Below are positions 21,476 through 33,499 of a DNA stretch of 61,657 bases, piece by piece. The notes under the pieces are model-generated. The model was not told where the DNA came from. It saw only the letters and a program-made list of their open reading frames with translations, and searched no databases. Origin of the DNA: Raillietiella orientalis (taxonomy: Eukaryota); contig JAYWIR010000096.1 in NCBI GenBank assembly GCA_036172245.1, positions 186,001-247,657 of the forward strand, given 5' to 3'. The position numbers and the translations under genes are program-made. Positions within the stretch are counted from its first letter, which is position 1. The number at the start of each line of letters is the position of its first letter.

Positions 21476-23151
21476 TACTGCTGGGAAGATTGAGGTGTGG
21501 GGGAGCCCTCCTCTTGCGAGGCGGGCGGGATGTCCATGGGGGTTTCGGCCTTCTCAGACACCTGAGGCACCTGTTCGGCCTCCACCCCCTCCATCCCCTC
21601 CGTGTCCGTGCGTGGGAGTCTCTCGGGCGACAGGTCCCGAGAGTTTCCCACGCTCATGGCACCCTCGCTTGCGGAGGCCATCTCTTCCCCTTCGACGGGG
21701 AAGACGAGCTTCCTTGGCTTTGTGGACTTACGTCCAGCCTTCTTGCGCGGTGCCGTAGAAACGGAGGCTGCGCTTCCGGCCTCCACCTCGGGGTCGGAAG
21801 TGGGGGACTCCTGAGGGGAGGCCGGACGCCTTACGGCCTTCTTGCCAGCCTTGGAGGGTTCTGGCTGCAACGAGGCTGCCAGCTCCTCCGCGGCTCGCGC
21901 GAAGGCTACGTCATCGATGGTGGTGTCGGTGACGGACGCCGCCGCCCGCTCGCTTCCCTCGCTGTTGACTGTGTCAACAGAGGGGAGGTCGTCGGTAGCG
22001 GCGAGTTCTTTCCGGCAGCGTTCGGCAACATCGAGAACGCGTTCGACAACGACGCTGCACTCTTTAATTATCGCGCTAACCTGCTCTTTCTTCTTCTGTT
22101 GGTAGGCGATTTTCTTTTCCATCCTCCTCTCCTTCTTTGATTTTTTGGCTGTTGCCACTTGCCACTCAGTCTCCTGGCCGGCTCCCTCAACTTTTTCGGC
22201 GTTGGTCGCCGGAGTCTCGGGTGCGGCCTGGGTCTTGGGCGCGGGTGGCACAGCCTTCGCGGCAGCTTTCGCCGCCAGTCTTTTCTGCAGAAGCCGGGCG
22301 CGTTTTTTAAGGTTTCTCTTGGAAACCACCCGCACTGCTGCTTTTGGGCACACCTCCCTCGTGTGGCCCATTGTGCCGCATACTTGGCACTTCACATTGG
22401 GACACCTCTTTTTGAGGTGGCCCGACGTATTGCAGAAGCCACAGTATTTCGGCTTCCCCACATACCAGAGGTCGACGGTTTCGCCTTCGACCACCAGTTT
22501 GTGGGGAAGAGTGCAGCCCTCCCGAACGGTCACGCGCTCAGCAGTGAGGCCGTGTTGCAGCCTCGTGTAGTCCTCGAAAGGACTAACTTTCGTCCACTGC
22601 GCGTGGAACGTTCCAAACTGTTCCAAAGCGGCGCGAACCTGTTCTTTGCGCATTCGCGCGGTCACGCCTAACAGGTGGACCACCATGCTGCGGTCTGCCG
22701 TAGTGAGGAGAACCCTGCGCGTCCCCATCACAACGGGGGTTTTAAGCAGTCGTTGGGCCAGCTCTGCATGTTTGCAGATGACCTCAACATACTGACCCCC
22801 GCTGCGGATTGTCATAGCGCTGAGCTCCTCCTCTTTCACATCGAGAGCGCGCGTGCTCTTCGAGAAGGCGCGCGCGCTCTCTCAAGAATATAAATTGCCT
22901 ACCTTGTAGAACAGTGAGGGGTTGTACCCCTACTCTACATAGGCCGACAATTCCGCCGCGGCTGCAGGCGATGGCGCCGACACAACGGCGCTCCACGCCC
23001 GCGCTGCAGCGGGGACCGATTCTGTGGGGGCGGATGCCCTCACCTCCATCGCCTCTGGGGGCGACGTTGCCGCCGCCCCCTGGCTCTCCATCGCCTCTGG
23101 GGGCGGCGTTGCCGCTGCCCCCTGGCCATCCCTGGTGGTCGCGTCAGGCAT
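21475..23151 (-). pseudogene. D1 ORF1 zinc-knuckle protein; one in-frame TAG at 22930-22932
   Basis: CGFCNTSGHLKKRC and CQVCGTMGHTREVC; TAATG stop/start overlap with ORF2. Confidence 0.92.
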
Positions 23152-23244
23152 CGCTGCCTGATCGACCACCGAACCACACGACGCTTGCACTGGGGGAGAC
23201 TTCGTGGCACGAGGAGCACCGAGAAAGCACGTCCACCCTAGAGC

Positions 23245-25364
23245 GCACAAAGCATTCGACTGCGTCGACCAGGATCTCCTTCTGGAGCTCCTGGAACGCA
23301 TGGGTTTCCCTGCCGTGCTTCAATCTTACCTGCGCTCCTTCTGGCTCAACGCGTCAATCAATATTTGTTTCAGCGGCCGGCACGTGTACGGCGTGCCCGT
23401 ACGCCGCGGCATCCGGCAGGCTGACAGCCTGAGACCCTTGCTCTTCAGCATCTACTTCGAGTTGCTGCTGAGGGCATACAGGGTAACTCTGGCAACGCTG
23501 CCGAGCTCGTGTGCCGGCACGCCTGCCGTGTCGGCCTATGCAGACGATCTTCTGCTACTGCTTCCCGGGTCCACCCCGGCGAGTGCGCTCGAGGATTTCT
23601 TCGAGTTACTGCGCCGCGGGACGGGGATGGAGGTGAACAGAGCGAAGTCGTCTATGATGTACGTCGGCTCGGCGTGGGCTGGACGGTCGGACTGGATCCG
23701 CTTGGGGATTCCCACGGACAGGTGCTTCAAGTACCTAGGCGTTCCAATGGGGGACTTCTGCGCAGCAGAAGCCTGGTCGGACCGTCTCCAAAAGGCAGCG
23801 TTGGCGACCGGTCCGTTCCAAGAAATCAAGCTCTACTTGCAGGAACAGGCCGCGGTGTGGAACGCGTTTGCGGCCCCCCTTCTTCGCCCCCTACTTTTTG
23901 TGTGCCCCGCTTCTTACTTCATCCGTAAACGAGCAGCGGGAATCCTGAGGACAGTTCTTTGGGGCGAAGGGAGGTCCCGTGTGAGGCTCAAAGTCTTGTG
24001 CGCTCCACGTAAGGACGGAGGACTTGGCGTTCTTACGCTGGAGCGCATTGAATTACAACCCAGATTCAGGACTCTCGCCCTTGCGGCGGAATTGTTGGAC
24101 ACGCCTTGGTGCGTTCCAGCACGCCTTTTGGCCCAACGAGCCTGCGGATTCGACGGACTTTTGTCGTTTCTGCTAGCACGCGACCGCAGAGAAGCATACG
24201 GCTGCTTAATCCTGCGTCGCATGCAAGTTGCGGTACGGGAGAACGCCTGGATCTCCTGCCGCCCAGGGAAATACTTTGCATGGCTGCACGAGTCAGTGTG
24301 CACCTGGGTAAACATCCACATTTCGGCGGGCACAAGAAACACTTGCCTGCAAAGGCACGCCCGCTGGAAACTGCAGGAGATCGTGCAGTCCCACGAAAAG
24401 CGCATGTGGGCTTTGATAACCCCCTTTGCCCCAGTGCTGCCCTTCCTCATCGACGCCATGGACAGAAGGGAGCTTGGGAAATGGAACGTGTCCTGCACCG
24501 TTGGAGGCAGGACGCAAACGATTATGGCGTGGATATCTCGGCAGCTAGCGGACGCGGCGACGCCGAGAGTCCCGCCCAACGGAATTCGACGCTAAGGCGA
24601 GCTACTCGGACTATCTCCGGAGGAGATGAAGTGGCCCCCGGCGTCCTGGAACAGTGGATCCCTCCCCCTGAAATGGCAGGATGTGGCGTTGCTTGTGGTC
24701 CTTTGGGGACTTCCATTCAAAGCGCGCCTTCATCACACAACCCGGGGGGCTGTGGATCCTTATTGTGACCGGTGCGGGGAAAAAGAGACCTTCCCCCACC
24801 TTCTCATCGAGTGCAGTGCCATCCGCCCTCCATGCGATCGCCTTACGGCGATCGTGGACTTGCGCGGATGCGGCCCTATGGACGTTTTTAGGCTCCTCTT
24901 CTGTAGTGACGCCTTGTCCCCCCCCTCTTCTGTAGCAGTCCTCTGCTGCATTCGATTGATCGTGGCGGCTTGGAACGCCACCAGAAGAAGACGTCAGCCA
25001 ACCGGCAACGCCTTACGGTTCTCTCGCCTATTCGTCCGAGACGTTTGCAAGTGGCGCCACTTGGGCGCTGAAAGGACTCAGCTTGTACGGATCCTGGATA
25101 GGATCTAGAGGACCTATCCGCGCGCACGGTGATCCCCTCCCTGCCCTCCCATTCCCGAAACATTTGTTCCCTCCCATACTTCAACTATTTGTTTGTTTTT
25201 TGTTTTTTTTTCTTTCCCTGCCCCCGCGCATCGGATAGACCTCTCCGGCATAGAGCCGGTAAATACCAAGCTGTTTTGTAGTGGTGGACCTTTGGGTTCA
25301 ACACGCGACAATCAATTGTAATTTTATTCTTTTGAATAAATGCCCCGGCATTTCCGGGTGGAAA
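23245..25364 (+). mobile_element. Host LINE E, part 2: TSD right copy, rest of RT, CCHC, 3' UTR and hairpin
   Basis: Resumes HKAFDCVDQDLL, then AYADDLL, KYLGV and CDRCGEKETFPHLLIEC; ORF ends at 25108; AATAAATGCCCCGGCATTTCCGGGTGGAAA at 25335-25364. Confidence 0.93.
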
Positions 25365-25375
25365 CGCGGATCACC

Positions 25376-25807
25376 ACCAGGCGGCCTGTCATTGCGTGCT
25401 GTCGTTGCAACCGTTTGTTGCACCCGCGCCATCGATAAGGCCCACCGAGAGTTGGAGAAACTGGCCATCCTTCGTCAGCCCACCGGATTAGCCAGCGCAA
25501 ACATGTCGTCGGCTGCCCAGTGGGCCCATCTGCCACAGGGCGTAAGGAGAGAGATCGCCGGCATCCATCGCCGGTTTTGAAAGGAAGGAACGGATTTACC
25601 AAAGACCCCTGTCCCCTTCCCTCCACATTTTTCTTTTATTTTTTTATATAGTAGTGTGTTTGTGGTCCCTTCCCTCCTGTTGCGAACTTTCGGCATACCG
25701 ACCTGCGTGTCGGGGATCCCACCCCCTTCGTCTCTGGTTTTCCCCTTTGTCCGGGAACCCTGTTCCCGGATAGTTTATAATAAACGCCCCGGCGCACCCG
25801 GGTGACA
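25376..25807 (+). mobile_element. LINE F2, heavily 5'-truncated (ORF2 tail plus 3' UTR)
   Basis: Matches the reverse complement of F3 57891-58325 (VVATVCCTRAI..HLPQGVRRE..IHRRF and the UTR); possible short ATCACC duplication at 25370-25375 and 25808-25813. Confidence 0.88.
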
Positions 25808-28075
25808 ATCACCCGTCCCTCTGCGATCCTTTCGATCTCTTGGGTATTCTCCGCGGTAATCACGTGCAGGAGTGCCAGGTCGAAGTCACGCAGGGTAGCG
25901 GCTGTGTCCCGTCTGTTGCTGTCGTCGCGCAGCCCGTTCACGTTCCAGCAGGCCACGTGTAATCGACGGCGACAGGCGGGCCCAGGTGTTACTCCTGGGA
26001 AAGTGGCAATGGGGCTCCCGCCACCTGGTCGGGCGGGACGGATAGAGGCATGAGGGCACCGCCTATTGGTTCTCTTACCTGCATGGGGGCCGATTTCTCG
26101 GCGGACCGCAACGGTTGAAGGGAGCATGCTTCACGCACCTGCTTTCCCTCTTCCATGGGGGCCGATTCCTCGGCTGCGTTGGACGGTAGGGGGGAGCGGT
26201 TCACATCTGTCTGCTCTTCCTCTTCCATGACCACCTATTCCGCAGGCTCCACCGGTGGAAGGGGGAGGCAATGCCCTACCTGCTCCACCTCCACCATGGG
26301 GGTGGCCGGCTGCTCGGTGGCGGAGGGTGGGAAAATTCTTCCTTCCGTTCCCAGGCTGCCGGCTTCCCACTCGGCTGCCGGTGCGTCCCCCTCGCTCTTC
26401 GTCTGGATGCGCCTCTTGGGATTCTTGGACTTCCGTCCAGTCTTCTTCGGAGGCGCCTCCGTGGAGGAGGACGCACTTCCGGCATCCGGGTCGTGGTCAC
26501 CTGTCGGAGGTGCCCTGGTCGCGGCCGGCCTTCGCAAGGCCTTTCGCGCGCCGTTCTTACGCTTGGCGAGTTCGGTTGCGAGCTCTTCCGCCGCCTGCTG
26601 AAAGGCGGCCTCGTCGATCGCTGCGAGCGCGTCGCGCGGTTCCCCCTCTGTTCGCACAGAGGGTTCGCCTTCCGTGATCGCGTTATCGTCGGCGTCGACG
26701 CGGGGGATATCTCTTCCGGTGGCGGTCTCAGGTACCTCCACACGCTCCAAAGCGACCGAACATTCGCGGATCAACGCGCGGCGTTGTCTCCTATTTAAAG
26801 GAGACGTCGGGGGTTCCGCTGTCGACCCTTCGGTTTTCTTAATTTTCTTGGCTTTAGGCTTCGCCTTCTGCCAGCCTTCGCTCTTTTCAGCGTCGTAGGT
26901 ATATTCCACGACCGGCGTTGGCTGCACGGGCTCGGGCTCCGGCTGTGGGTTCCGTCTCACGGGTGCCTTCGCAGGCTTTTCCGTAGCCCCCGCGCGTTTC
27001 CCATTGGCCTTTTTCAAGACAGCGGGAGCCGGGGGTTCGCGCTTGGGGCACACTTTGCGGAGGTGGCCCTTCTCTACACAGTGAAAACACTGAATGTGAG
27101 GGCACCGGTTTTTCAGGTGCCCTGTGGCATTACAGTGTCCACAGTACTTGGGCTTGCCCACGTACCAGACGTCGACTGTCTCGTTGCCGACGTCTAGTTT
27201 GTGGGGTAGCCCACCGTGTTGGTGGACGGTTACACGCGCACCAGCCTTGCCACTAAACAGTCTTCCGTAACTTTGGAAGACGTTGGGCTTGGTCCATAGC
27301 GCGTGAACCGTTCCGTAATTTCTGAGTTCCTCCTGCACGTCGGCTTTCGACATGCGAAGGGTGACTCCCGTGAGGTGCGTCACCACGGAGCGATCCTCCG
27401 TTACCTGGAAAACCTTTCGGCCTTCCAATGTGAGTGGCGTATTCAGTAGGTGTTGAGCAAGGCTTGCATTTCTGCAAGTCCCCTCCACCAGTTGACCACC
27501 ACTCAACACGGAAAAACTTTCCAAGTCTTCCTCTTTTACGTTCAAGCGCGGCAACTCCCTTTCGAAGTTGCGAGCGGTGTTCCCGACAAACAGATTGCCT
27601 ACCTTGCATATCAGGGACGGCTTGTATCCCTGCTCTAGGTAGGCTTTCTTCTCGGCGAGGGCTGCAGGAGATGGGGCTGCAGCCACTGAACTCCAGGTCT
27701 TCGGCGATGCCGAAGACGCATTCGAGGGTGCAGGTGCTCCCTTTTTCAAGGTAGCATTTGTCCTCTTTTTCAAGGGAACAATTGCACCCTGTTCCAGCGG
27801 GCTTTTGCCCCCTTTTTCAAGGGGGCTTTTGCCCTCGCTTCCGAGGCGGCGGTTGCCTCCTTTTTCAGGGGTACGGCTACCGTCGCCTCCGTGGGGGCGG
27901 TTGCCCCCACCTCCGTGAGTTGGGGAGAGGAGCGAGCCTCTCCCCCTCCTATATCCATCGCGGTGTTCTCAGGTATTCCGGCCATTGGACACTGCAGATG
28001 CTTCACACACAAACACAATCGAAATCACCCGCTTTACACCAGGCGCGGAGGAGCGCTACAAAAACACGTCCGCAC
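25808..28075 (-). mobile_element. LINE G2 (G-related subfamily): 5' end, ORF1 and start of the endonuclease
   Basis: 5' GGACGTGTTT at ~28062-28071; knuckles CGHCNATGHLKNRC and CFHCVEKGHLRKVC; ORF2 start ACWNVNGLRDD..EIERIAEGRV cut by F2. Confidence 0.9.
25989..27985 (-). pseudogene. G2 ORF1 zinc-knuckle protein, with frameshift and stop
   Basis: ORF pieces 27770-28018, 26235-27773 and 25989-26234; repeated (P/T)LKK motifs at ~27735-27875. Confidence 0.87.
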
Positions 28076-28344
28076 GACAAGTTGATAGCAGGCCTATGGG
28101 ATTCGCGCCTGGGGCAGGGGGCAGAATCCGTAATTAGCCCGGAGGAGACTTATGCTCTACCCGGGCGAAGTATGGATGCCAACCTCTTCTTCGCAAGCAC
28201 ATGGGTGCCCCTGTAGAGAAGGAAAAAGAAAGGGATAAGGAAACTCGGCAACCCCACATTGGAACCGCCAGCCGGGCTAGGAACAAACGACCGGGCGGGG
28301 AAGGGGGCCCAGGCGCTCGCAGTCGATCTCCACAAGGCGTTCGA
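28076..28344 (+). mobile_element. Host LINE I (G-like) RT fragment ending at AVDLHKAFD
   Basis: KLIAGLWDSRLGQ..SPEETYALPGRSMDANLFFASTW..gtcgatctccacaaggcgttcga, then the D2 3' end. Confidence 0.87.
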
Positions 28345-31300
28345 TTTTCACCCGGATTTCGCCGGGGCGTTTATTGTAATATAAACATTTACAAAAACGT
28401 GCGGTGGCTAAACCATTGCTCCAGCCACGCACGGAGAAACACAGTGCCTGCCAAGTCACCGGTTCGCAGACCGGTACGGTCCACCACGGCAGGAGGAGGA
28501 AGAGAAAAAAACAAAAAAACAAAACAAAAAAGAAAAGCAAAGTAAGGAGGGTAAGGGAAGGGATCACAGTTGCTGGTGGGGCCGTTGCATCCTTTGCAGG
28601 ATGCCGGCAAGCTCCTTCTGTATTCCTGGATCCACGTGGGGCCATCGGGACGCCCTCCTCAGGAACTGGGAGGCTAGCAGGATGGCACCCTGGTTGCGTT
28701 GTCCTCCCGTAGCCTTGCTCCAAGCGGTGACGATCCCGCGTAGGCAGCACAAAGCTGCTAACGAGGCCGCTGGCCGAAGGGCGTCGGCAACGAAGAGGGC
28801 TTTCAGTGCGTCCCTGGGGTTGCCGCAGGGGATTCCGATGGCCGCGGCAAAGCGAAACCAAAGGGGCCGAAGGGCAACACAATCCACTAGCAGGTGGGGG
28901 AGGGAGTCCCGTTCCCCACACCTGACGCAATTGGGGTCCACCGCTCTCCAGGTCCAGTGGTGTCGGCAGGCGTTGCAGGGGAGTCCCCAGTGCTGCAACA
29001 CGAGAGCCGACACCTGCCATTTCAATGGAAAGGCGGAAGTGTTCATGAACACCGGGGGCCACTTCAGATATTCAATGGGAACATCGAGCAGCGCGCTCCA
29101 GCGCAGAAGTCCATTGGGAGGCGTACTCGGGGTCGCAAAGTCTGTTAACTGGCCCGTCTTCCAGTCTCCTATCTTCTTCTCCTTTCCGGAGATTGTTACT
29201 GTAACCACCCACTTCGCCGCAACATCGCTGTCCAGATCTTCCTTCAGGAAGGGCAGCGACGCAGCGAATGGGATTCTTCCTGCCCACGCCCTCTTCTTTG
29301 GATCCTCCAGGATCTCGCGAAGCTTGCAACTTCTGTAACCCTTAAACAGGAACCTTCGTTTCTGTTGGGAGCGTTGCATGCCGAACTGTTCCCACGTTCG
29401 AACTGTTTCCTGCAACCAGGCACTACCGTTCAAAGGGGGACAGATGAGCAGTCCAGGGTTTTTGCGATACAGCGCAGCCACCCTACGTAGCTATAGTCCG
29501 CATCGGTTGACGCGGCGACGGAGTGCAAGAAACGACGTCAGTCCCGTCTTGTCGGTGGCTTGCTGGAGAAGAAGACGTGCAGGGACGCACCAACAGGTGC
29601 ACCACAACTGTGGAACCAGTGCCGACAATCGAAACTGGAGCTATAACTCCAGCCGCTCCAGCGTTCGGAGGCCCAGACCACCATCCCGACGAGGAGCGCA
29701 CAAGTCCGTCGAGCGGACCCAGACCGTCACGTAGCCCCAAAGGGCGATACGGAGGAGGTCCTTTGTCCGCTTTTCAATTCTCTCTGTGAACGGGCAAACA
29801 AAAAGCAGGGGGCGGAGAAGAGGAGCAGCGAACGTGTTTCAAACCGCGGCCCATTCAGGCAGGAAAAACCTGTCGCCTCTGAACGGGCCGATCGCCGTCT
29901 CTACTTCTGGGAGGCAGCCGGACCACGCTTCCGCAGGGGAGTAGTGCCCACACGGCAGATCAAGGTACTTGAAGTACCTCACCGTGGGGATCATGAAACG
30001 GACCCAGTCCTGCTGCCCTGCCCACGCCGCACCAACTGGCATCACGGACGATTTCGCCTTGTTCACCGTAAGTCCGGTTCCCCGATGCAGCAGGTCGAAG
30101 AACTCCTCGACCGCCGCAGCCGGGATGGACATAGGAAGCAGCAGCAGAAGTTCGTCCGCGTACGTTCAAACGGCCGGCGTACCGGCACAGTCGTGCGGCA
30201 GGTGCGCCAGAGTTCAACTGTACGCAATTAGTACCAACTCAAAGAAGGTACTGAAGAGCAAGGGTCTCAGGCTGTCTCCCTGCCGGTTCCGACGCCGCAC
30301 CGGCACGCCGTGCACGGTCTGCCCGCTGAAAGTAACATTGATGAGCGCGTCGCGCCAGCAGGAGCGCAGATAGGCAACTAATGAGGCCGGGAAGCCAAAG
30401 CGTTCCAGAAGCACCAGAAGGAGATTCTGGTCGACGCAATCGAATGCTTTTCGCAAGTCCATTGCGACCGCAAGGGCTCCCTCCCCCACCCGACCATCCA
30501 ACCCCTTGCCGGCGCACGCACCGGAATTCCGGCTGCGCACCAAGCTCCTTTCATGTTGGAGCTTTAGCCAGATGGAAGCGTGGAACAGGTTCGCCTCCAT
30601 GCTTCGCCCGGGAACAGCATATGTCTGTTCCGGGCTGATGAAGATGTTCAAAACCCGTCCCAGACGCTCTGCCCAAACCTTAGCCACCAACCTGGCGTCT
30701 GCATTCACTATTGTGATGAAACGCCAGTTGTTCATGCTCCTCAGATCTCCTCCCTTAGGGAGGAGCAGCACCTTTGCCGAACGAAACGAGGCGGGAACGT
30801 CACCTCTTTCGCGTATCAGCAAGTTAAGTTGCTGTACCAGGGGGGTAAGCTCAGCCGCGAAAGTTTGATAAAACTCCGCGGGCAGGCCGTCCTCCCCTGG
30901 AGCCTTTTGCCTCTTGAGCTTTCCGATGGCCGAGAGGATCTCGTCCATCGTGAAAGGCTCGTCGAGGGTCATTCTCTGCTCCTCTTCGATCGCTGCAGTG
31001 CCTTCCGGAAGCAGGAGTCGTGAGACGTTCCTCTCCGGAGGTGCCCTGGCATAAAGGGAGGAGTAGTAACTCCGCAGCAGGCCGCGGATTTGGGCAGGTG
31101 CCGATTGCTCCTGGCCCTGATCGTCCAGTAAGCTGGCGGATCCGGACTGCCAGGCTTGCCTCTCGGCTCCCGCTTTGTATTCCGCCAGTCTGCGGATGTC
31201 GGGGGTCCTGGCGTAACGACGGGCCTGCAGGTAGGCTCGTTCGTTACGGACCCCGGTACCAAAACCCGTAGGTAGGCGGTGCAGAGGAAACTGGTCGCAG

Positions 31301-31990
31301 AACTCCTGGACCGACCGCTTGAAGCGGTCCCAATCCTGAAGTGTCAGTAGCCTGAAGCTCCGCATGAACGTGCGGAGAATTTACGCCGCTTCCGGGAGCT
31401 CCAGCCAGTCCCCTGGGAGACGACACGCTGACGAGGGGTGGCTCCTGTCGCGCGGATGGATCTCGAGGACTAGAGGGCGATGGTCGGACAGCTCGCACGG
31501 TAACTTGCCGCGCCTGCCCACGCTAGGGCACAGGTGCTCGTTAAGAAACACGTGGTCAATGCTTTCTTCTATCGCCGGTGCACTAACCAACAAATTACAG
31601 GTGTGCACCGCTATGCGCACCTCGTTGACCAGGTCACGCTCGGGATTCTGCCCATCTGGTTTCAGGCAAACGTTGAAATCGCCTTCGACCAGATGGGCAT
31701 TTTGAACGCCTGATTCGGTCAGCCATTCTCTCCGAAGGGCAAGGAAAAACACTTTCCTCGCTTTCCTGTTCATCAGGTGCTTGCCGCTCGGTGCGTACAC
31801 GTTCGTGACGATCAGATCGATCGAGTCGGACCACCTGAGAGTCAGCTGGCCGACACGACCGTGATCGTCGAACCGCACGCCCCGAGCCGCGACCTCGACG
31901 GCTGGCCGAAGCAGGTAGGTGACAACGCAACTTTTCGCTCTCCCACACCTGTAATATAGCCGCCCTCCGGAGATCCGTTCGATCTCCTGC
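28345..31990 (-). mobile_element. LINE D2: ORF2 (degenerate) and 3' end, interrupted in the endonuclease by BC2
   Basis: Highly similar to D1 17674-21320 throughout; DLRKAFD and YADE; several frameshifts. Confidence 0.93.
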
Positions 31991-32110
31991 GCTCGTACAG
32001 TGCAGACGTGTTTCCGCGTCTATGCGCGCCAACGATCGGGCAACTTTGTGCCTGCGTTTTTGCTCGCACTTGTGTGTTCCTGTGCAATCTGCCAAGTAGC
32101 ATAGTGCAAC

Positions 32111-33387
32111 ATGGCCAGTACACAGGATAGTGTGGAGGATCAAGCCACTGGATGCACTTCAGCTGCACTTGAAGTGGCCGCATCCTCCGTAAAGGTCTCC
32201 TCGCCCCCGGTGAGGAGTCACGCCGCCGTTACCTCCCAAAGAGCAGGACCCTGCGATGCGGAGTTTCAGGCATATATGTCATCAGGATACATGCGTGCAC
32301 GCCGTTATAAGGTCAGTGGGCCACTTAACGGGAGAATCGGTCGTGAGCTCAATGATGAGCTCGTCCGGATATTCGTTCGCGAGGAGGAACTCCTTGCCAT
32401 AATGCCTGCTGGCAGGATGGTATATAGGGAGGTTCGGTGCAAGAACGCAGCACTTGTGCAGCGCCTTTTTGGTACGCCGTTGACCATCAATGGCAAGGAA
32501 GTCCTACCTACCGCGATGGACGACTCTTTTGTCGTTCAATTGTGCGACATCGAACCGGAAATCTCAGACCGCGATGTCGTAAGTGTGCTGGCGAATTTCG
32601 CCAACGTGTACGCTCTGTGGAGGAGGCCAAATCCTCTAAAGGATTTCCCCTCTGTCCACATTGGACAAGCCTCCGTGCGGATCACCGTCGCGAACAGGGG
32701 TGTTGTGCCTGAGCAGCTGCGGTTGAACGGCACGGTCGTTCACCTGTGGTTCATAGGCCAGACTCGTGCGTGGGAGCAGTGCGGCAAGGAGGGGCACCGA
32801 ATTAAAGAGTGCACCTCTCCAAGATGCCGCTGTTGCAAAGATTATGGGCTCAAAATCAAAAAGTGCCCGGTACTTGCAAGAAAAAGAGCCGCAGTGGAAA
32901 TTCGTCGGGTTCACGAGACCACTGCACGAAAAGCCGCAGCAGCAAATAAAAAACGTCGTCCGTAAAAACTCGCAAAAATCCACGAGCGATCCGCGGATGA
33001 AAAGAAAGCATCACCGCCCGCAACGCCCCGAAAGGGGAAAGTCACGGCGGGGAAGCCAATTAAAAAGGGGCGCGAGGGTTTGACGCGTGCCGTGCCTTCC
33101 CTCTCTGCCGAACTCGCAGGCACCTCTCCGAGCCAGGAACCAGGAAATCTCCGTAACAGCCTGGAGGGAAAGGTAGGAAAACAGGAGGATCGCAATAGTG
33201 CGAAGACTTCTTGCCCTGTTTCGTTGTCCCTTCCGAGTTCCGGACAGCCCCACTGCAGCGCAGGCATTACTGCAAAGGCTACGAAAGCCGTAAAAAGCAG
33301 CGTCGCGACGAGCAAAAGCACGCTGCATGCAGTCGCTTCATCGCCGACTCGGCAGTTCTCCCCAAGTCCCACGAGGGGTGGAGTAAA
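32111..33387 (+). pseudogene. BC2 ORF1 N-terminal part
   Basis: ORFs 32111-32965 and 33080-33400 are near-identical to BC1 ORF1; premature TAA at 32963-32965. Confidence 0.9.
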
Positions 33388-33499
33388 TTTATTTTTCTAA
33401 AATTTTTCTATAAAAACATTCACACTACAATCTCATCCATATTATTAGCACTTTTATTTTTACCACTATGAAGTCCTTGGATTCTCACAAGTTCTGCAC

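Larger units (their letters stand above)
17674..23244 (-). mobile_element. LINE D1, full length (5571 bp), near intact, flanked by a perfect 15-bp TSD
   Basis: ORF1 and ORF2 each carry a single in-frame TAG; 5' gctctagggtggacgtg; 3' AATAAACGCCCCGGCGAAATCCGGGTGAAAA. Confidence 0.96.
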
